Source of the DNA: Coriobacteriaceae bacterium
GTDB lineage: Bacteria > Actinomycetota > Coriobacteriia > Anaerosomatales > SLCP01
Reading direction: 5' to 3'
DNA length: 64,000 nt
Assembly (NCBI GenBank): GCA_003563465.1
Contig: PWVH01000050.1
Coordinates: forward strand, 753 to 64,752
A program made the translations under genes and the position numbers. Below are positions 26,419-36,621 of this stretch, piece after piece (position 1 is the stretch's first letter; each line of letters starts with the position of its first letter). The notes below the pieces were generated by a model. The model was not told the DNA's origin, did no database searches, and saw only the letters and a program-made list of their open reading frames with translations.

Positions 26419-26578
26419 GTGACTCTCTCGCTCTCCTCAGATCTCGCGGGCAACGCCTGACGCACTCAGGAAATGCGAAGAACGTCGCCCGAGGATGCAC
26501 AGCTCTACGATTACACCTTTCCCATTATCCCTTCAGGATTCAACGCTGGCCCGAGATTCGCGGCTGCAACGGAGATTC

Positions 26579-27673
26579 TCAGCCGCATCCACTGAGAGGC
26601 ACGATTCCGCTACCGAGCGCCCCAACGATCCGTTCGGACACTGACGTATCCCAACGCTCAGGAAACTCCCACGTCCGAGACGAATCCAGTGCCTCACCGA
26701 TACCGGCGAATATGGCGCTCGTGTCAGCGGGCACGAGCCTGTTGGCGCCTACCTCGATAGTGATCGAGCGCTCAGTATTGCGGCGCACGGTAACGCACGG
26801 AGTCCGAACCATGCACGACTCCTCCTGCATGCCACCGGAATCGGTGACGACCGTGGCTGCGTAGCGTTGAAGAGCAAGCATGTCCAGATAGCCTACGGGA
26901 TCGGTCAGATGCACTCCGTCGGCCTCACTGTGAACGAGACCAGCATCGGCAAGCAGTGGACGCGTGCGCGGATGCACCGGAAACAGAACGGGTAGGTCGG
27001 TCGCACGAAAGGCAGTCGCGATCGCAGCGAGTCGGTCGGGATGGTCGGTATTCTCCGGCCTGTGAATCGTTGCCAGTATGTATCCCTCAAGGTCAAGCCC
27101 GAACCTCTCGCACACCGAAGGGTTTGCAATCTTTTCAAGATGTTGCAGTACCGACTCGGCCATAATGTTGCCTGTGAAGTGTATTCGCTCGTGTTCCACG
27201 CCTTCAGTCATCAGATTCCTGTCTGCCTCCCGACATGTGGTCAGGTGCATCGCAGAGAGTTGATCGGCTACAAGCCGGTTGACCTCCTCGGGCATGGACA
27301 TATCGCCTGAACGCAAGCCCGCCTCCAGGTGCACGACCGGAATACTGAGTTTGCTGGCTGCGAGAGCACCGGCAAGCGTCGAGTTAACGTCGCCCACAAC
27401 GAGTACCGCGTCAGGTCGCTCGCTCACGAATAGATCCTCGAGCGCAATCATAGCCTTGCCGGTCTGCACCGCATGCGTGCCCGAACCGACACCGAGGAAC
27501 CAGGTCGGGTCTGGAATCTCGAGGTCTGTGAAGAACACGTCGGACATGATGGCATCGTAGTGCTGACCCGTGTGCGCGATGTCGGCGTCATACCCTGCCT
27601 TCTCAAGCGCAGGCAGCAGAGGTCCGATCTTGATGAAATTGGGGCGCGCACCGACGACCACGATCAGTCGCAT
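26579..27673 (-). CDS. wecB: UDP-N-acetylglucosamine 2-epimerase (non-hydrolysing)
   Basis: 364 aa with the canonical motifs GARPNFIK, HTGQHYD, GDVNSTLAG, HLEAGLRS, PEEVNR, HRPENTD and TDSGGMQEE. Confidence 0.9.
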   Translation of the reverse strand: MRLIVVVGARPNFIKIGPLLPALEKAGYDADIAHTGQHYDAIMSDVFFTDLEIPDPTWFLGVGSGTHAVQTGKAMIALEDLFVSERPDAVLVVGDVNSTLAGALAASKLSIPVVHLEAGLRSGDMSMPEEVNRLVADQLSAMHLTTCREADRNLMTEGVEHERIHFTGNIMAESVLQHLEKIANPSVCERFGLDLEGYILATIHRPENTDHPDRLAAIATAFRATDLPVLFPVHPRTRPLLADAGLVHSEADGVHLTDPVGYLDMLALQRYAATVVTDSGGMQEESCMVRTPCVTVRRNTERSITIEVGANRLVPADTSAIFAGIGEALDSSRTWEFPERWDTSVSERIVGALGSGIVPLSGCG

Positions 27674-27773
27674 GTGTGTCCTTTCCGCGTTCGAAGTATG
27701 CTGAGGAGGACCGCGACTATGCTATCAGACCTCAGGCCACGGCGAACACCGCGGGAAAGCAGTCTGTCACTGC

Positions 27774-28946
27774 TCACTCTCCAAGGTACCTGATGATTCC
27801 GGCCGTCATTCCTTCAGCAAGCTTGTCCTGGTAGTGGGGACTGGAAAGCAGCTTGTCCTCTACCGAATTCGTAAGGAATCCGCACTCCACGAGTATTGCT
27901 GGGACCTTGGACCAGTTGAAGCCCGACAAATCCGTTCGAGCTGTGATGCCGAGGTCAGTCGCCCCTGTCGCCGCAACCATCGATTCTTGCACTAGTGTCG
28001 CAGCCCGCTTGCTCCGAGCCACTATCGGAGTGGTCCAGCGATTCTCACCTGGGTAGAGAGTTGCGATACCACAGCGCGTGCTGTCGGTCGAGCCGTCAGC
28101 GTGGACTCGGACGAAGAGGTCGGCGCGAGCTTCGTTGGCCATCAACGCCCGCTCGGAGTTGGAGATGTTCACATCGTTGGTCGTGCGGGTCATGATCACA
28201 TTGACTCCTGCTGCCTCTAGACGTGTCTTCAGGTTCATCGAGATCTGCAACGCAACCTCGTATTCAGGCACCCGTGTCGAGACTCCGGTCGTACCGCCGG
28301 TCACACGCGGTTTGGTCTCAGTGGCTCCCGGGCCGATCGGCTCGTGAGTAGGATCTCCCCTGGATTGATGTCCCGGGTCGATGACCACCGTGGAACCCGA
28401 GCCGGCGTCTCCGGCGCGAGTTCGCGTAACCGTGCGTCCACCGTCGGGTTCTGCCGCTACCGTCAGTCCGATCTTGGCTCCAGCCCGGACGACAGCGCCC
28501 TCTTCCGGATTCTGAGCGATCACCGACCGGTCATCGCCTTGGATATCGGATTCACGATTCCGGTCTTCTATCAGCTCGACACCGAGTCCTACGGCCTCTA
28601 GTAGAGCCTTAGCTTCCGCGATGCTCTTTCCGACGACGTCCGGCACCTCAATAGCTTCTTGAACATCTACCTCGGCGGCAGCAGGTGCTTCCGAGGAATC
28701 ACTAGAGTCTCCCAGCTCTGTGCGAATCCTGTCCGGAAGAAGCTGAAGCGACGCACGCGCAGCTTGGTTCCTGCCGAAGATCCCCCCGCGGTCACCCTCT
28801 CCGCCACCGGTCCCGCTAGTCTTGATGGCTCCCAGAGCAGCGGCGGTGGTGATCGCCGCTAGACCCACTGCTGTGACGGTCACCAGCAGCACCTGCTTGC
28901 GCCGCTCGCGAATGCTTTCGGCCCTCTGTCGCCTAGTGGCAATCAT
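27774..28946 (-). CDS. Membrane-anchored PASTA-domain N-acetylmuramoyl-L-alanine amidase (Amidase_3)
   Basis: 390 aa. It has an N-terminal TM helix (LLVTVTAVGLAAITTAAALGA). The PASTA-like segment is VPDVVGKSIAEAKALLEAVGLGVELI...IAQNPEEGAVVRAGAKIGLTV. Amidase_3 motifs are VVIDPGHQ, LFVRVHADG and PAILVECGFLTN. Confidence 0.85.
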   Translation of the reverse strand: MIATRRQRAESIRERRKQVLLVTVTAVGLAAITTAAALGAIKTSGTGGGEGDRGGIFGRNQAARASLQLLPDRIRTELGDSSDSSEAPAAAEVDVQEAIEVPDVVGKSIAEAKALLEAVGLGVELIEDRNRESDIQGDDRSVIAQNPEEGAVVRAGAKIGLTVAAEPDGGRTVTRTRAGDAGSGSTVVIDPGHQSRGDPTHEPIGPGATETKPRVTGGTTGVSTRVPEYEVALQISMNLKTRLEAAGVNVIMTRTTNDVNISNSERALMANEARADLFVRVHADGSTDSTRCGIATLYPGENRWTTPIVARSKRAATLVQESMVAATGATDLGITARTDLSGFNWSKVPAILVECGFLTNSVEDKLLSSPHYQDKLAEGMTAGIIRYLGE

Positions 28947-28966
28947 GGGTCATTCTGAAGTGGTGA

Positions 28967-29041
28967 TGGTGGGCCCGGCAGGACTCGAACCTGCAACCAA
29001 GGGATTATGAGTCCCCTGCTCCGCCATTGAGCTACGGGCCC
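28967..29041 (-). tRNA. tRNA with CAT anticodon (elongator tRNA-Met type; tRNA-Ile2/lysidine not excluded), CCA encoded
   Basis: The reverse complement GGGCCCGTAGCTCAATGGCGGAGCAGGGGACTCATAATCCCTTGGTTGCAGGTTCGAGTCCTGCCGGGCCCACCA folds into a cloverleaf. Positions 1:72 form a G-C pair, so it is not an initiator. Confidence 0.9.
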
Positions 29042-29275
29042 GTTTGAGGCTTTGAGATGGCCTGCTATGTCACTCGCCTCGTCTCGTACCACTATCTCGT
29101 GTCCGAGCTGCTTGAAGGCTGGTTGCGAATCCCTCACCCGATTCGACACTCCCACGCTTCCAGCTTTCAGCACGGACCTTCCGGCGCAACCTCCGACACG
29201 GGCCCTGACATGATAGCAGCACCAAGGCCCTCGGCGCGATGCGCGAGAGTTCGCGATCTCTCCCGCTTTGAGCAG

Positions 29276-29304
29276 TTGCGCGCGCCTGAACCTGGGTGTA
29301 TCAT
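29276..29304 (+). promoter_or_regulatory. Candidate sigma-70-type promoter for tRNA-Asn
   Basis: TTGCGC, a 17-nt spacer, then TATCAT. It ends about 35 nt upstream of the tRNA 5' end. Confidence 0.4.
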
Positions 29305-29339
29305 CGCGTGGTGCCGCACCCATCCGCGGCACTCCTCAT

Positions 29340-29414
29340 TCCTCGGTAGCTCAATGGTAGAGCATCCGGCTGTTAACCGGAGGGTTGTAGGTTCGAGTCC
29401 TACCCGAGGAGCCA
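29340..29414 (+). tRNA. tRNA-Asn (anticodon GTT), CCA encoded
   Basis: TCCTCGGTAGCTCAATGGTAGAGCATCCGGCTGTTAACCGGAGGGTTGTAGGTTCGAGTCCTACCCGAGGAGCCA folds into a cloverleaf. The anticodon loop is CTGTTAA. Confidence 0.93.
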
Positions 29415-29425
29415 TGAACTCCTCC

Positions 29426-29447
29426 AAGCCGCCCGGTCAGGCGGCTT
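29426..29447. terminator. Stem-loop between convergent tRNA-Asn and rpoD (candidate bidirectional terminator)
   Basis: AAGCCGCC-cggtca-GGCGGCTT is a perfect 8-bp stem. On the plus strand it is followed by GTGCTTT. Confidence 0.5.
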
Positions 29448-29513
29448 GTGCTTTAGGCAAGGATTGTGGCGGATTCAGGCATGGCCGCCTTGTCTTGCGA
29501 AGCCAACCAGCCC

Positions 29514-30884
29514 TTACTCCAAGTAATCTTTCAAGCGGTTGCTGCGCGAGGGATGCCTCAACTTACACAGAGTCTTGGACTCTATCTGCCTTATCCTCTC
29601 CCGCGTAACCCCGAACTCCCTGCCGACTTCCTCGAGCGTGCGAGGGTGACCGTCAGTGAGGCCGAAACGCAGTTCGATTACCTTACGCTCGCGTTCGGAG
29701 AGCCCATCCAGCACCTTGGACAGCTGCTCCTGTAGCATCGAGAAGGAAGCGGCTTCCGGAGGCACTATGGCCTCCCCGTCTTCGATGAAGTCACCAAGCT
29801 GACTGTCCTCTTCCTCCCCGATCGGTGTCTCGAGAGAGACCGGCTCCTGGCTGATCTTGAGAATCTCGCGCACGCGCTCAGCACTCATCTCCATCTTCTC
29901 GCCAATCTCCTCTGGGGTAGGTTCGCGACCTAACTCCTGGAGAAGACTGCGCTGGACTCGAATGAGCTTGTTGATAGTCTCGACCATGTGAACCGGGATG
30001 CGGATGGTGCGAGCTTGGTCGGCGATGGCGCGTGTGATCGCCTGGCGAATCCACCACGTGGCATAAGTAGAGAACTTGTAACCCTTGGTATAGTCGAACT
30101 TCTCCACGGCGCGAATGAGACCGAGGTTGCCCTCTTGTATCAAGTCGAGGAAAAGCATCCCTCGACCCACATAACGCTTGGCGATAGACACCACGAGTCG
30201 CAGGTTTGCCTCAACTAGTTGCTGCTTCGCCTCAACGCCCACCGCTTCGATACGGTGCAAGCGACGGCGCTCGGCACGGTCCAAGTCGATCTCTTCGCGC
30301 TCAGCGGCCTCGAGCTTAGCCGTGGCTTCAAGACCGGCCTCGATCTTCATCGCGAGGTCCACCTCTTGCGCAGCCGTCAGCAGAGGCACCTTGCCGATCT
30401 CCTTGAGATACATGCGCACCGGATCGCCGGTCAGCGGAGCAAGCACGGCGGCATCGGCACGGCGCTTGGTCTTCTTCTTGTTGGTCTTCACGGGCTTAGG
30501 GAGTGGAATGTTGATGTGTTCCTTCTCCGCATCGACATTTATCACGTCATCACCATCATCGTCATCATCGCTATCGCGGTCACGTCCAGCGGTATCGTCG
30601 CCTACCAAACCCGATTCACTACCATCCAGGCCCATAGCCTCCAGCGGCTCGTCGAGCACCTCGATGCCTTCTTCCCGGAAGAAGGAGTAGATGCTTTCAA
30701 CCTGATCATCACTGAGCTCGATGTCCCCTATTGCACCCTGAATCTCGTCTTCGGTGAGGTTACCCTTGGAGACGCCGATCTTCACAAGGATCTTGACCTC
30801 GGCGAGTTCCAGTTCAGGTGAGCGCTTAGGTTTGGGCTCGGGCTTCTTCACTCTTGCTGTCGGTGTCTCGGACGTCTTAGCCAC
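29514..30884 (-). CDS. rpoD: Primary RNA polymerase sigma factor (sigma-70 group 1)
   Basis: 456 aa. It has an acidic N-terminal region, region 2 [27 protein letters not shown], and region 4 [20 protein letters not shown]. Confidence 0.95.
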   Translation of the reverse strand: MAKTSETPTARVKKPEPKPKRSPELELAEVKILVKIGVSKGNLTEDEIQGAIGDIELSDDQVESIYSFFREEGIEVLDEPLEAMGLDGSESGLVGDDTAGRDRDSDDDDDGDDVINVDAEKEHINIPLPKPVKTNKKKTKRRADAAVLAPLTGDPVRMYLKEIGKVPLLTAAQEVDLAMKIEAGLEATAKLEAAEREEIDLDRAERRRLHRIEAVGVEAKQQLVEANLRLVVSIAKRYVGRGMLFLDLIQEGNLGLIRAVEKFDYTKGYKFSTYATWWIRQAITRAIADQARTIRIPVHMVETINKLIRVQRSLLQELGREPTPEEIGEKMEMSAERVREILKISQEPVSLETPIGEEEDSQLGDFIEDGEAIVPPEAASFSMLQEQLSKVLDGLSERERKVIELRFGLTDGHPRTLEEVGREFGVTRERIRQIESKTLCKLRHPSRSNRLKDYLE

Positions 30885-32755
30885 TACTTATCCCACGCCT
30901 CCAGTCCTGGTGGCACGGCAGCGCCACGAATCGCCTCGTGCTCCAGTTGCATCGCTGCTATCTCCTGGAACAGAGCGTCTGCGGCAGTCCTGTCACCCGC
31001 CGCTTCCAGTTCTTTGTATCGGGCCTTACCCTGTATGATTTGACGTTCGATTGCGAGTTCCTTGAGCTTCTTCAATGTCTCGCGCGCCGCAGGGAGGCGC
31101 TCTTCGGGAGGCGGGACTTCCATCAGCAAGCCCGCTAGCAGGGCCGATGCACGCTCATCGTTATCGGCGACCACCCTTATCAGTTCACCTTCTACTGTCT
31201 TGCCCGCTGCGGTGATGGTTTCTAACAGCTTGCGTGCGGATGGGTCGTTGAGCAGATCTGTTTCAAGCAAGGACCGTGCCCTCTCGCGCAATTCGGGACT
31301 TGCGGCCACCAAGCCGACAAGAGCGCGTTCCGCCCGCGTACCAGCGTCGAGCATCTCCGGCGTATCATCGGCTGCGGCTGTGGTAGTGCCGTCGGTGGCA
31401 CCGGGAACGCCGGGCGAGGTTCCGCTATCCTCTCGATAACGCGGTCGGACCCTTGCCTTGTCCACCGCTGCACGAGCCACGGCGAAGTCCACCGACAGCC
31501 GATCGGCGAGATAGTTCGCATAATCGTGGCCGAGAATAGACGTCCTTACGGGCGCCACTACCTCGGCGGCTTCGGCGAGAGCTTTTGCGCGGCCCCCAGG
31601 CGTGGTCAAGTCGTTAGCGGCCAAGCGCCGCTCTATCGCGAATCGCAACAAAGGCTCGGCTGCAGCGATGAGCTCGTTCGTGGCTTCCGCACCGCGAGCA
31701 GCAACGTAGTCAGCGGGGTCGAGTCCTTCGGGAATGACCGCCACGAACAGTTCTACCTGTGATGAGCCCGCCTCTGGGGTGACACTTGCGTCAATGAACT
31801 CCCCTGCTCGGTCAGCAGCACGAAGCCCTGCTTCATCCCCATCGAAGAGGTAGACGACTCGCTTCGCAAATCGTCCTAACAGCTTCACGTGCCGATCCGT
31901 CAACGCCGTACCCAACGTGGCTACAACATTGCTGATGCTTGCTTCGTGCAAGGCGATAACATCCGTATAGCCTTCTACGACCACCGCCTGCTGACTCGCG
32001 ACGATTGAAGCCTTAGCCTTCTCGATCCCGTATAGATGTGCAGACTTCTGAAATACCGGCGTGTCCGTGGAGTTAAGGTATTTGGGCTCACCCTCGCCGA
32101 TGATTCTCCCTCCGAAGGCAATGGTGCGCCCGTGTAGGTCGCGAATCGGAAACATCAGTCGACGGTAGAAGCGGTCCTTGAGTGGCTCGGACGAATATGC
32201 CAGATTCGCATCGATCAGCTCTTTCGCTGTGAAGCCTTTCCCGGTGAGTTCTCGGGCGAGGGACTTCCTATCTCCTGGCGCATAGCCCAACGTGAAGCGT
32301 CTCGCAGCCTCTATGCCCATTCCGCGCGATCTCAGGTATTCACGCGCCTCCGAGACCTCCTTGTGCTTCGAGTGGGTAAGAGTGTGGTGGTAGAACTCAG
32401 CGGCGGCCTTGCACGCTTCCGTCAGACGCTCCCGTTTGCCATGCGGTACGCTTTCCCCTTCTTCACGCAGCTCGATTCGCGCCCGATCGGCAAGCATCCG
32501 AACGGCCTCGGGAAACTCTAGGTGTTCGCGCTGCATCGCATAACCGAACACGTCTCCTCCTGCACCACAACCGAAGCAATGCCAAAGCTGAGTGGCAGGA
32601 TCGACCTTGAACGAAGGCGTCTTCTCGGCATGGAAGGGACACAGTCCCCAGTAGAGGCGACCCTTCTTCTTAAGCATGACGCTTTCAGATACGAAAGAGA
32701 CGATTTCGATGGCGTCGCGCACCCTAGCGATGTCTTCCTCGGGAATGCGCCCCAC
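30884..32755 (-). CDS. dnaG: DNA primase
   Basis: 623 aa. It has the zinc ribbon [13 protein letters not shown]...[12 protein letters not shown] and the TOPRIM segment [11 protein letters not shown]...YLFDGDEAG. Confidence 0.95.
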   Translation of the reverse strand: MGRIPEEDIARVRDAIEIVSFVSESVMLKKKGRLYWGLCPFHAEKTPSFKVDPATQLWHCFGCGAGGDVFGYAMQREHLEFPEAVRMLADRARIELREEGESVPHGKRERLTEACKAAAEFYHHTLTHSKHKEVSEAREYLRSRGMGIEAARRFTLGYAPGDRKSLARELTGKGFTAKELIDANLAYSSEPLKDRFYRRLMFPIRDLHGRTIAFGGRIIGEGEPKYLNSTDTPVFQKSAHLYGIEKAKASIVASQQAVVVEGYTDVIALHEASISNVVATLGTALTDRHVKLLGRFAKRVVYLFDGDEAGLRAADRAGEFIDASVTPEAGSSQVELFVAVIPEGLDPADYVAARGAEATNELIAAAEPLLRFAIERRLAANDLTTPGGRAKALAEAAEVVAPVRTSILGHDYANYLADRLSVDFAVARAAVDKARVRPRYREDSGTSPGVPGATDGTTTAAADDTPEMLDAGTRAERALVGLVAASPELRERARSLLETDLLNDPSARKLLETITAAGKTVEGELIRVVADNDERASALLAGLLMEVPPPEERLPAARETLKKLKELAIERQIIQGKARYKELEAAGDRTAADALFQEIAAMQLEHEAIRGAAVPPGLEAWDK

Positions 32756-32781
32756 ATTACCTCCTTCGCCCGATGGGCCGT

Positions 32782-32896
32782 GCTTGCGCTGCAGCGCTTC
32801 GACGCAAGCCTGGCGACTTTCTCCTTGATGAAGTGTACTCCCGGAACGCTACAGCGCTCCGGGAGCCTCTGGCGTTAACCGTCCACTGAACGCCAG
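32782..32896 (-). terminator. Cluster of three GC-rich stem-loops downstream of hppA (candidate terminator region, no U-tracts)
   Basis: The three stem-loops are GCTTGCG-N14-CGCAAGC (32782..32809), CTCCCGGA-N12-TCCGGGAG (32838..32865) and CTGGCGTT-N12-AACGCCAG (32869..32896). Confidence 0.35.
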
Positions 32897-32938
32897 CCCA
32901 CTATCCGAGACAACAAGCGATTCGCGCTACTGGGGATT

Positions 32939-35038
32939 CTACCCGTGGATGCGTTGGAACAGTGGCACGAATACCAAGCTTACGATGGTCATCAGCTTGA
33001 TTAGTATGTTCATCGACGGGCCGGACGTGTCTTTGAACGGGTCACCGACGGTGTCACCTACCACGGCAGCGTGATGCGCATCGGAACCCTTGCCGCCGTG
33101 TTTGCCGCCCTCGATATACTTCTTCGCGTTGTCCCATGCCCCACCCGCGTTCGCCATGTAGACTGCGAGCAGGAACCCGCTGACCAACGCACCGGCCAGA
33201 AGTCCGGTGAGCATGTCGACGTTCACTATGCCGACTATGATCGGAGCTGAGACAGCAATCGCACCAGGAACGACCATCTCTCTGAGCGCACCTCTCGTGG
33301 AGATGTCGACGCAAGCGGCGTAATCGGGACGGCCTGTGCCCTCCATGATTCCGGGAATCTCACGGAACTGCCTGCGCACTTCGTTGATCATTGCAAAGGC
33401 TGCGCGCCCTACAGCACCCATCGTCAACGCACCGAACAGATACGGCAGCATCGCCCCGAGGAAGAGCCCGATAATCACCATGTGGTTGTCCAGGCTCATG
33501 TTGAGCGTGATCGCACTGTCGCCGGACTGGACTGACTGTCGGAACGCAACGAAGAGCGCCAGCGCGGTCAGTCCCGCAGAGCCGATAGCGAAGCCCTTGG
33601 CGATCGCCGCAGTGGTGTTGCCGACCGAATCGAGACTGTCGGTAATCTTGCGGATGTCGGCTCCCATCTCGGCCATCTCGGCGATTCCGCCTGCGTTGTC
33701 TGCGACAGGACCGTAGGCGTCGACGCCCACCGTGATCGCGGTGATCGAAAGCATGCCTAACGCTGCCAGAGCGATTCCGTAGATGCCTGAGAGCGGATCA
33801 TCGGGGACCGCGTTGTTGCCAGCCCAGTAGGCAACGAAGATGCCAGATGTCACTACCAGGATCGGGAGCGCGGTCGAGCGCATACCCGTCCCAATACCCT
33901 CGATGATGTTGGTCGCCGTGCCGGTCTCCGAGGCCGCGGCGATCTTCTTGACGGGATTGAAGTGGTCAGAGGTGTAGTACTCGGTGATCTTGCCGATGGC
34001 GATACCGGCGATCAGACCCGCGACCACCGAGCCCAGATACCACAGGCGAGCCGGGTCGGCCTCGGCACGAGTCGACCAGTGGTAGAAGAGCCACCCCATC
34101 GCTCCTACCTGCAGGGTGGCAGCTACGTAGGTGCCGCGGTTGAGCGTCTCGTGCAGGTTGCCACCCTCTTTGGCACGCACGGCGAAAAGGCCCACCACCG
34201 ATGTAAGGATTCCGATTCCTGCAATGATCAGCGGTGCGGTGACCCCGTACTTGAAGTCTATCGATTGGACGGATGGACCTGCTACGTACCATAGGCTCAC
34301 GGCGAGTACCATCGGTGCCAGGATCGAGCCTACGTATGACTCGAACAGGTCGGCACCCATACCGGCCACGTCACCGACGTTGTCACCGACGTTGTCGGCT
34401 ATCACGGCGGGATTACGGGGATCGTCCTCGGGAATACCTGCTTCGACCTTACCGACCAGGTCGGCGCCCACATCCGCTGCCTTCGTGTAGATACCGCCAC
34501 CGACACGCGCGAAGAGCGCGATCGAGCTTGCTCCCATCGCGAAGCCGTTCACCACTTCCGGTCGAGGAACCTCACTTGTCACGATCAACGTTATGGCCCA
34601 AAGGCTCAGTCCGCCGAGGCCGAAAGCTGCAACGGTCAGACCCATCGTGAGTCCAGAGCGGAAAGCGACGTTGAGCGCCTTGGCTACACCTTCAGTAGCC
34701 GCCTGTGCCGTGCGGCTGTTGGCTCGCGTGGCGATGTACATGCCGAAGAAACCCGCCGAGCCGGAGAGAAGCGCACCGGTGATGAACGCCACGGCGGTGA
34801 GGACTTGGACGGTCAGCGCCAAGACCACCGCCACAACCAGGGCGAAGACGATAAGCACTCGGTACTCGCGCATCAGAAACGCCATAGCGCCCTCTTGTGT
34901 TGCTTTCGAAATCTCTCGCATCTTCTCGGTCCCCTGGTCTTGCTTGAGAACCCACGATGCGAGGTAGATTGCGACCCCGAAACCGAGCAGCGCGGCCAAG
35001 GGCGCCGTCCAAGCTATCCAGTCAGCCATGCCAGCCAT
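32939..35038 (-). CDS. hppA: Membrane-bound ion-translocating pyrophosphatase (K+-dependent-type signature)
   Basis: 699 aa with about 16 TM helices. Motifs are [46 protein letters not shown] (Ala rather than Lys in GNTT-A/K) and GGAWDNAKK. Confidence 0.93.
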   Translation of the reverse strand: MAGMADWIAWTAPLAALLGFGVAIYLASWVLKQDQGTEKMREISKATQEGAMAFLMREYRVLIVFALVVAVVLALTVQVLTAVAFITGALLSGSAGFFGMYIATRANSRTAQAATEGVAKALNVAFRSGLTMGLTVAAFGLGGLSLWAITLIVTSEVPRPEVVNGFAMGASSIALFARVGGGIYTKAADVGADLVGKVEAGIPEDDPRNPAVIADNVGDNVGDVAGMGADLFESYVGSILAPMVLAVSLWYVAGPSVQSIDFKYGVTAPLIIAGIGILTSVVGLFAVRAKEGGNLHETLNRGTYVAATLQVGAMGWLFYHWSTRAEADPARLWYLGSVVAGLIAGIAIGKITEYYTSDHFNPVKKIAAASETGTATNIIEGIGTGMRSTALPILVVTSGIFVAYWAGNNAVPDDPLSGIYGIALAALGMLSITAITVGVDAYGPVADNAGGIAEMAEMGADIRKITDSLDSVGNTTAAIAKGFAIGSAGLTALALFVAFRQSVQSGDSAITLNMSLDNHMVIIGLFLGAMLPYLFGALTMGAVGRAAFAMINEVRRQFREIPGIMEGTGRPDYAACVDISTRGALREMVVPGAIAVSAPIIVGIVNVDMLTGLLAGALVSGFLLAVYMANAGGAWDNAKKYIEGGKHGGKGSDAHHAAVVGDTVGDPFKDTSGPSMNILIKLMTIVSLVFVPLFQRIHG

Positions 35039-35083
35039 ATACAGGCCTCCCCTTCCTGGTCTGGTCTGCGAAACGCTGCGGTG

Positions 35084-35112
35084 ATTCTATGCGAACGTGG
35101 CGGGTGCAGCAA
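35084..35112 (-). promoter_or_regulatory. Candidate sigma-70-type promoter for hppA
   Basis: The minus strand reads TTGCTG, a 17-nt spacer, then TAGAAT. It lies about 45 nt upstream of the hppA ATG. Confidence 0.45.
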
Positions 35113-35153
35113 CAGCGCTGGAGTCCTCAGAGAGAGGCCCGCGATCTGTTCAC

Positions 35154-36221
35154 TTACACCTTCCATGCGCTAGGAACGAACAACCGCTGAAACATTCGGA
35201 TCGCGAAACGATCCGTCATTCCGGCGATGTAGTCGGTGACCATCTGGGCAAGCCTGGCTGTAGCTTCGGCGCTTTCGGAACCAGGCTCCATCTCTAAACG
35301 ATACTCCGAAGGCAAGTCCTCAGGATGCTCAAGGTAGTGCTGGAAGAGTGAGCGAACCACGCGGTATGCCTTCGGATCCTCGGCCTTTGCCTCTCCGCAA
35401 AGATACACGCGATCGAAAAGGAACTGCCGAAGCTCCATCATCGCTTCCCAGACTTCCGGCGACATCTGAATCACCTCGGCTCCGTGCGAACTCTCTACCA
35501 TGTCGGTGACCATCGTCATGATTCGCGCCCCGTGGTTGTGACCGAGAACATCTGTGGGGCCTTTGGGAAGCTCCACCTCGCAGAGAACGCCACCGCGCAT
35601 AGCATCGTCGATATCGTGATTCACATACGCGATGCGGTCGGCGATAGCTACAATCTGGCCTTCTAGGGTCGCGGCACGCCCTGATCCCGTGTGGTGCTTT
35701 ATTCCGTCGCGTACCTCCCACGTTAGGTTGAGGCCCTTGCCTTCGTACTCAAGGCGCTCGACAATCCGCAGCGACTGAGTGTTGTGTTCGAATCGCTCGG
35801 GTATCCCGGCACCAGGGCAGCGCGCGGCGATCTCGCTCAAGCACTCGCTGAGCGCATCCTCTCCCTTATGTCCGAAGGGAGTGTGGCCCAGGTCATGGGA
35901 GAGGGCGATGGCTTCGGTCAGGTCCTCGTTCAAACGCAGCGCTCGTGCGATCGACCGAGCGATCTGCGCGACCTCTAAGGTGTGCGTCAGGCGAGTTCGG
36001 TAGTGGTCGCCTTCGGGCGCCAGGAACACCTGTGTCTTGTGGGACAGACGTCTGAACGCCTTGCAGTGGATCACCCGGTCACGATCGCGCTGGTATTCGG
36101 TGCGGTATGGGTCGAGCGAAAGCGACCGGACGCGTCCACGCGTCGAATCCGCGAAGGCCGCCCGCGGCTGCAGCCTGGAGCGCTCCTGCACCTCGTAGTC
36201 TTCGCGTGTCATTATGCTCAC
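35154..36221 (-). CDS. dgt: dGTP triphosphohydrolase-like HD-domain protein
   Basis: 355 aa. It contains FRRLSHKTQVF, RLTHTLEVAQIAR, HDLGHTPFGH and NHDIDD. Confidence 0.88.
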   Translation of the reverse strand: MSIMTREDYEVQERSRLQPRAAFADSTRGRVRSLSLDPYRTEYQRDRDRVIHCKAFRRLSHKTQVFLAPEGDHYRTRLTHTLEVAQIARSIARALRLNEDLTEAIALSHDLGHTPFGHKGEDALSECLSEIAARCPGAGIPERFEHNTQSLRIVERLEYEGKGLNLTWEVRDGIKHHTGSGRAATLEGQIVAIADRIAYVNHDIDDAMRGGVLCEVELPKGPTDVLGHNHGARIMTMVTDMVESSHGAEVIQMSPEVWEAMMELRQFLFDRVYLCGEAKAEDPKAYRVVRSLFQHYLEHPEDLPSEYRLEMEPGSESAEATARLAQMVTDYIAGMTDRFAIRMFQRLFVPSAWKV

Positions 36222-36237
36222 TTACGCCTGCCGCCTC

Positions 36238-36609
36238 TCAACGTCCGAGCAACCCGACAACAACCAAGGCCGCATACCATACGCCGACCCCACCTATCGT
36301 CCCAACGAGCCAGCGATGCCTGAAGCCCCATGCGCCCGCAAGGGTCACCCCTATAGCGGCGCCGACCAATACCGCCGGTAAGAGTATCGGAAGTCCGGAG
36401 ACCCATGTTCTCAGCGTCTCAGCGAGTGCAGCGCCTATACCTGCCCGATTCGAATCGGCGACCTCCATCGGGAGAATCGTCAACCAGGGCCATGCGACGC
36501 CCGCCGCCACCGCACCAGCAAGCGGTTGCCACCACGGCCGTTGCAGACGCGAACGTCCCTGTATCAGCGGTGAGCCCGCCGCCTGGTAAAGCTTGGTGCC
36601 TCTGGACAC
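36238..36609 (-). CDS. Hypothetical small membrane protein
   Basis: 123 aa with three hydrophobic segments. It fills the gap between ppdK and dgt on the coding strand. No family was recognised. Confidence 0.45.
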   Translation of the reverse strand: MSRGTKLYQAAGSPLIQGRSRLQRPWWQPLAGAVAAGVAWPWLTILPMEVADSNRAGIGAALAETLRTWVSGLPILLPAVLVGAAIGVTLAGAWGFRHRWLVGTIGGVGVWYAALVVVGLLGR

Positions 36610-36621
36610 GCGCCTACTCCA

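Noticed and set aside
28943-29608. ORFs 28943..29332 (-) and 29057..29608 (+)
   Set aside because: Both run through tRNA genes (Met, Asn) and the terminator hairpin. Neither has an RBS or recognisable motifs.
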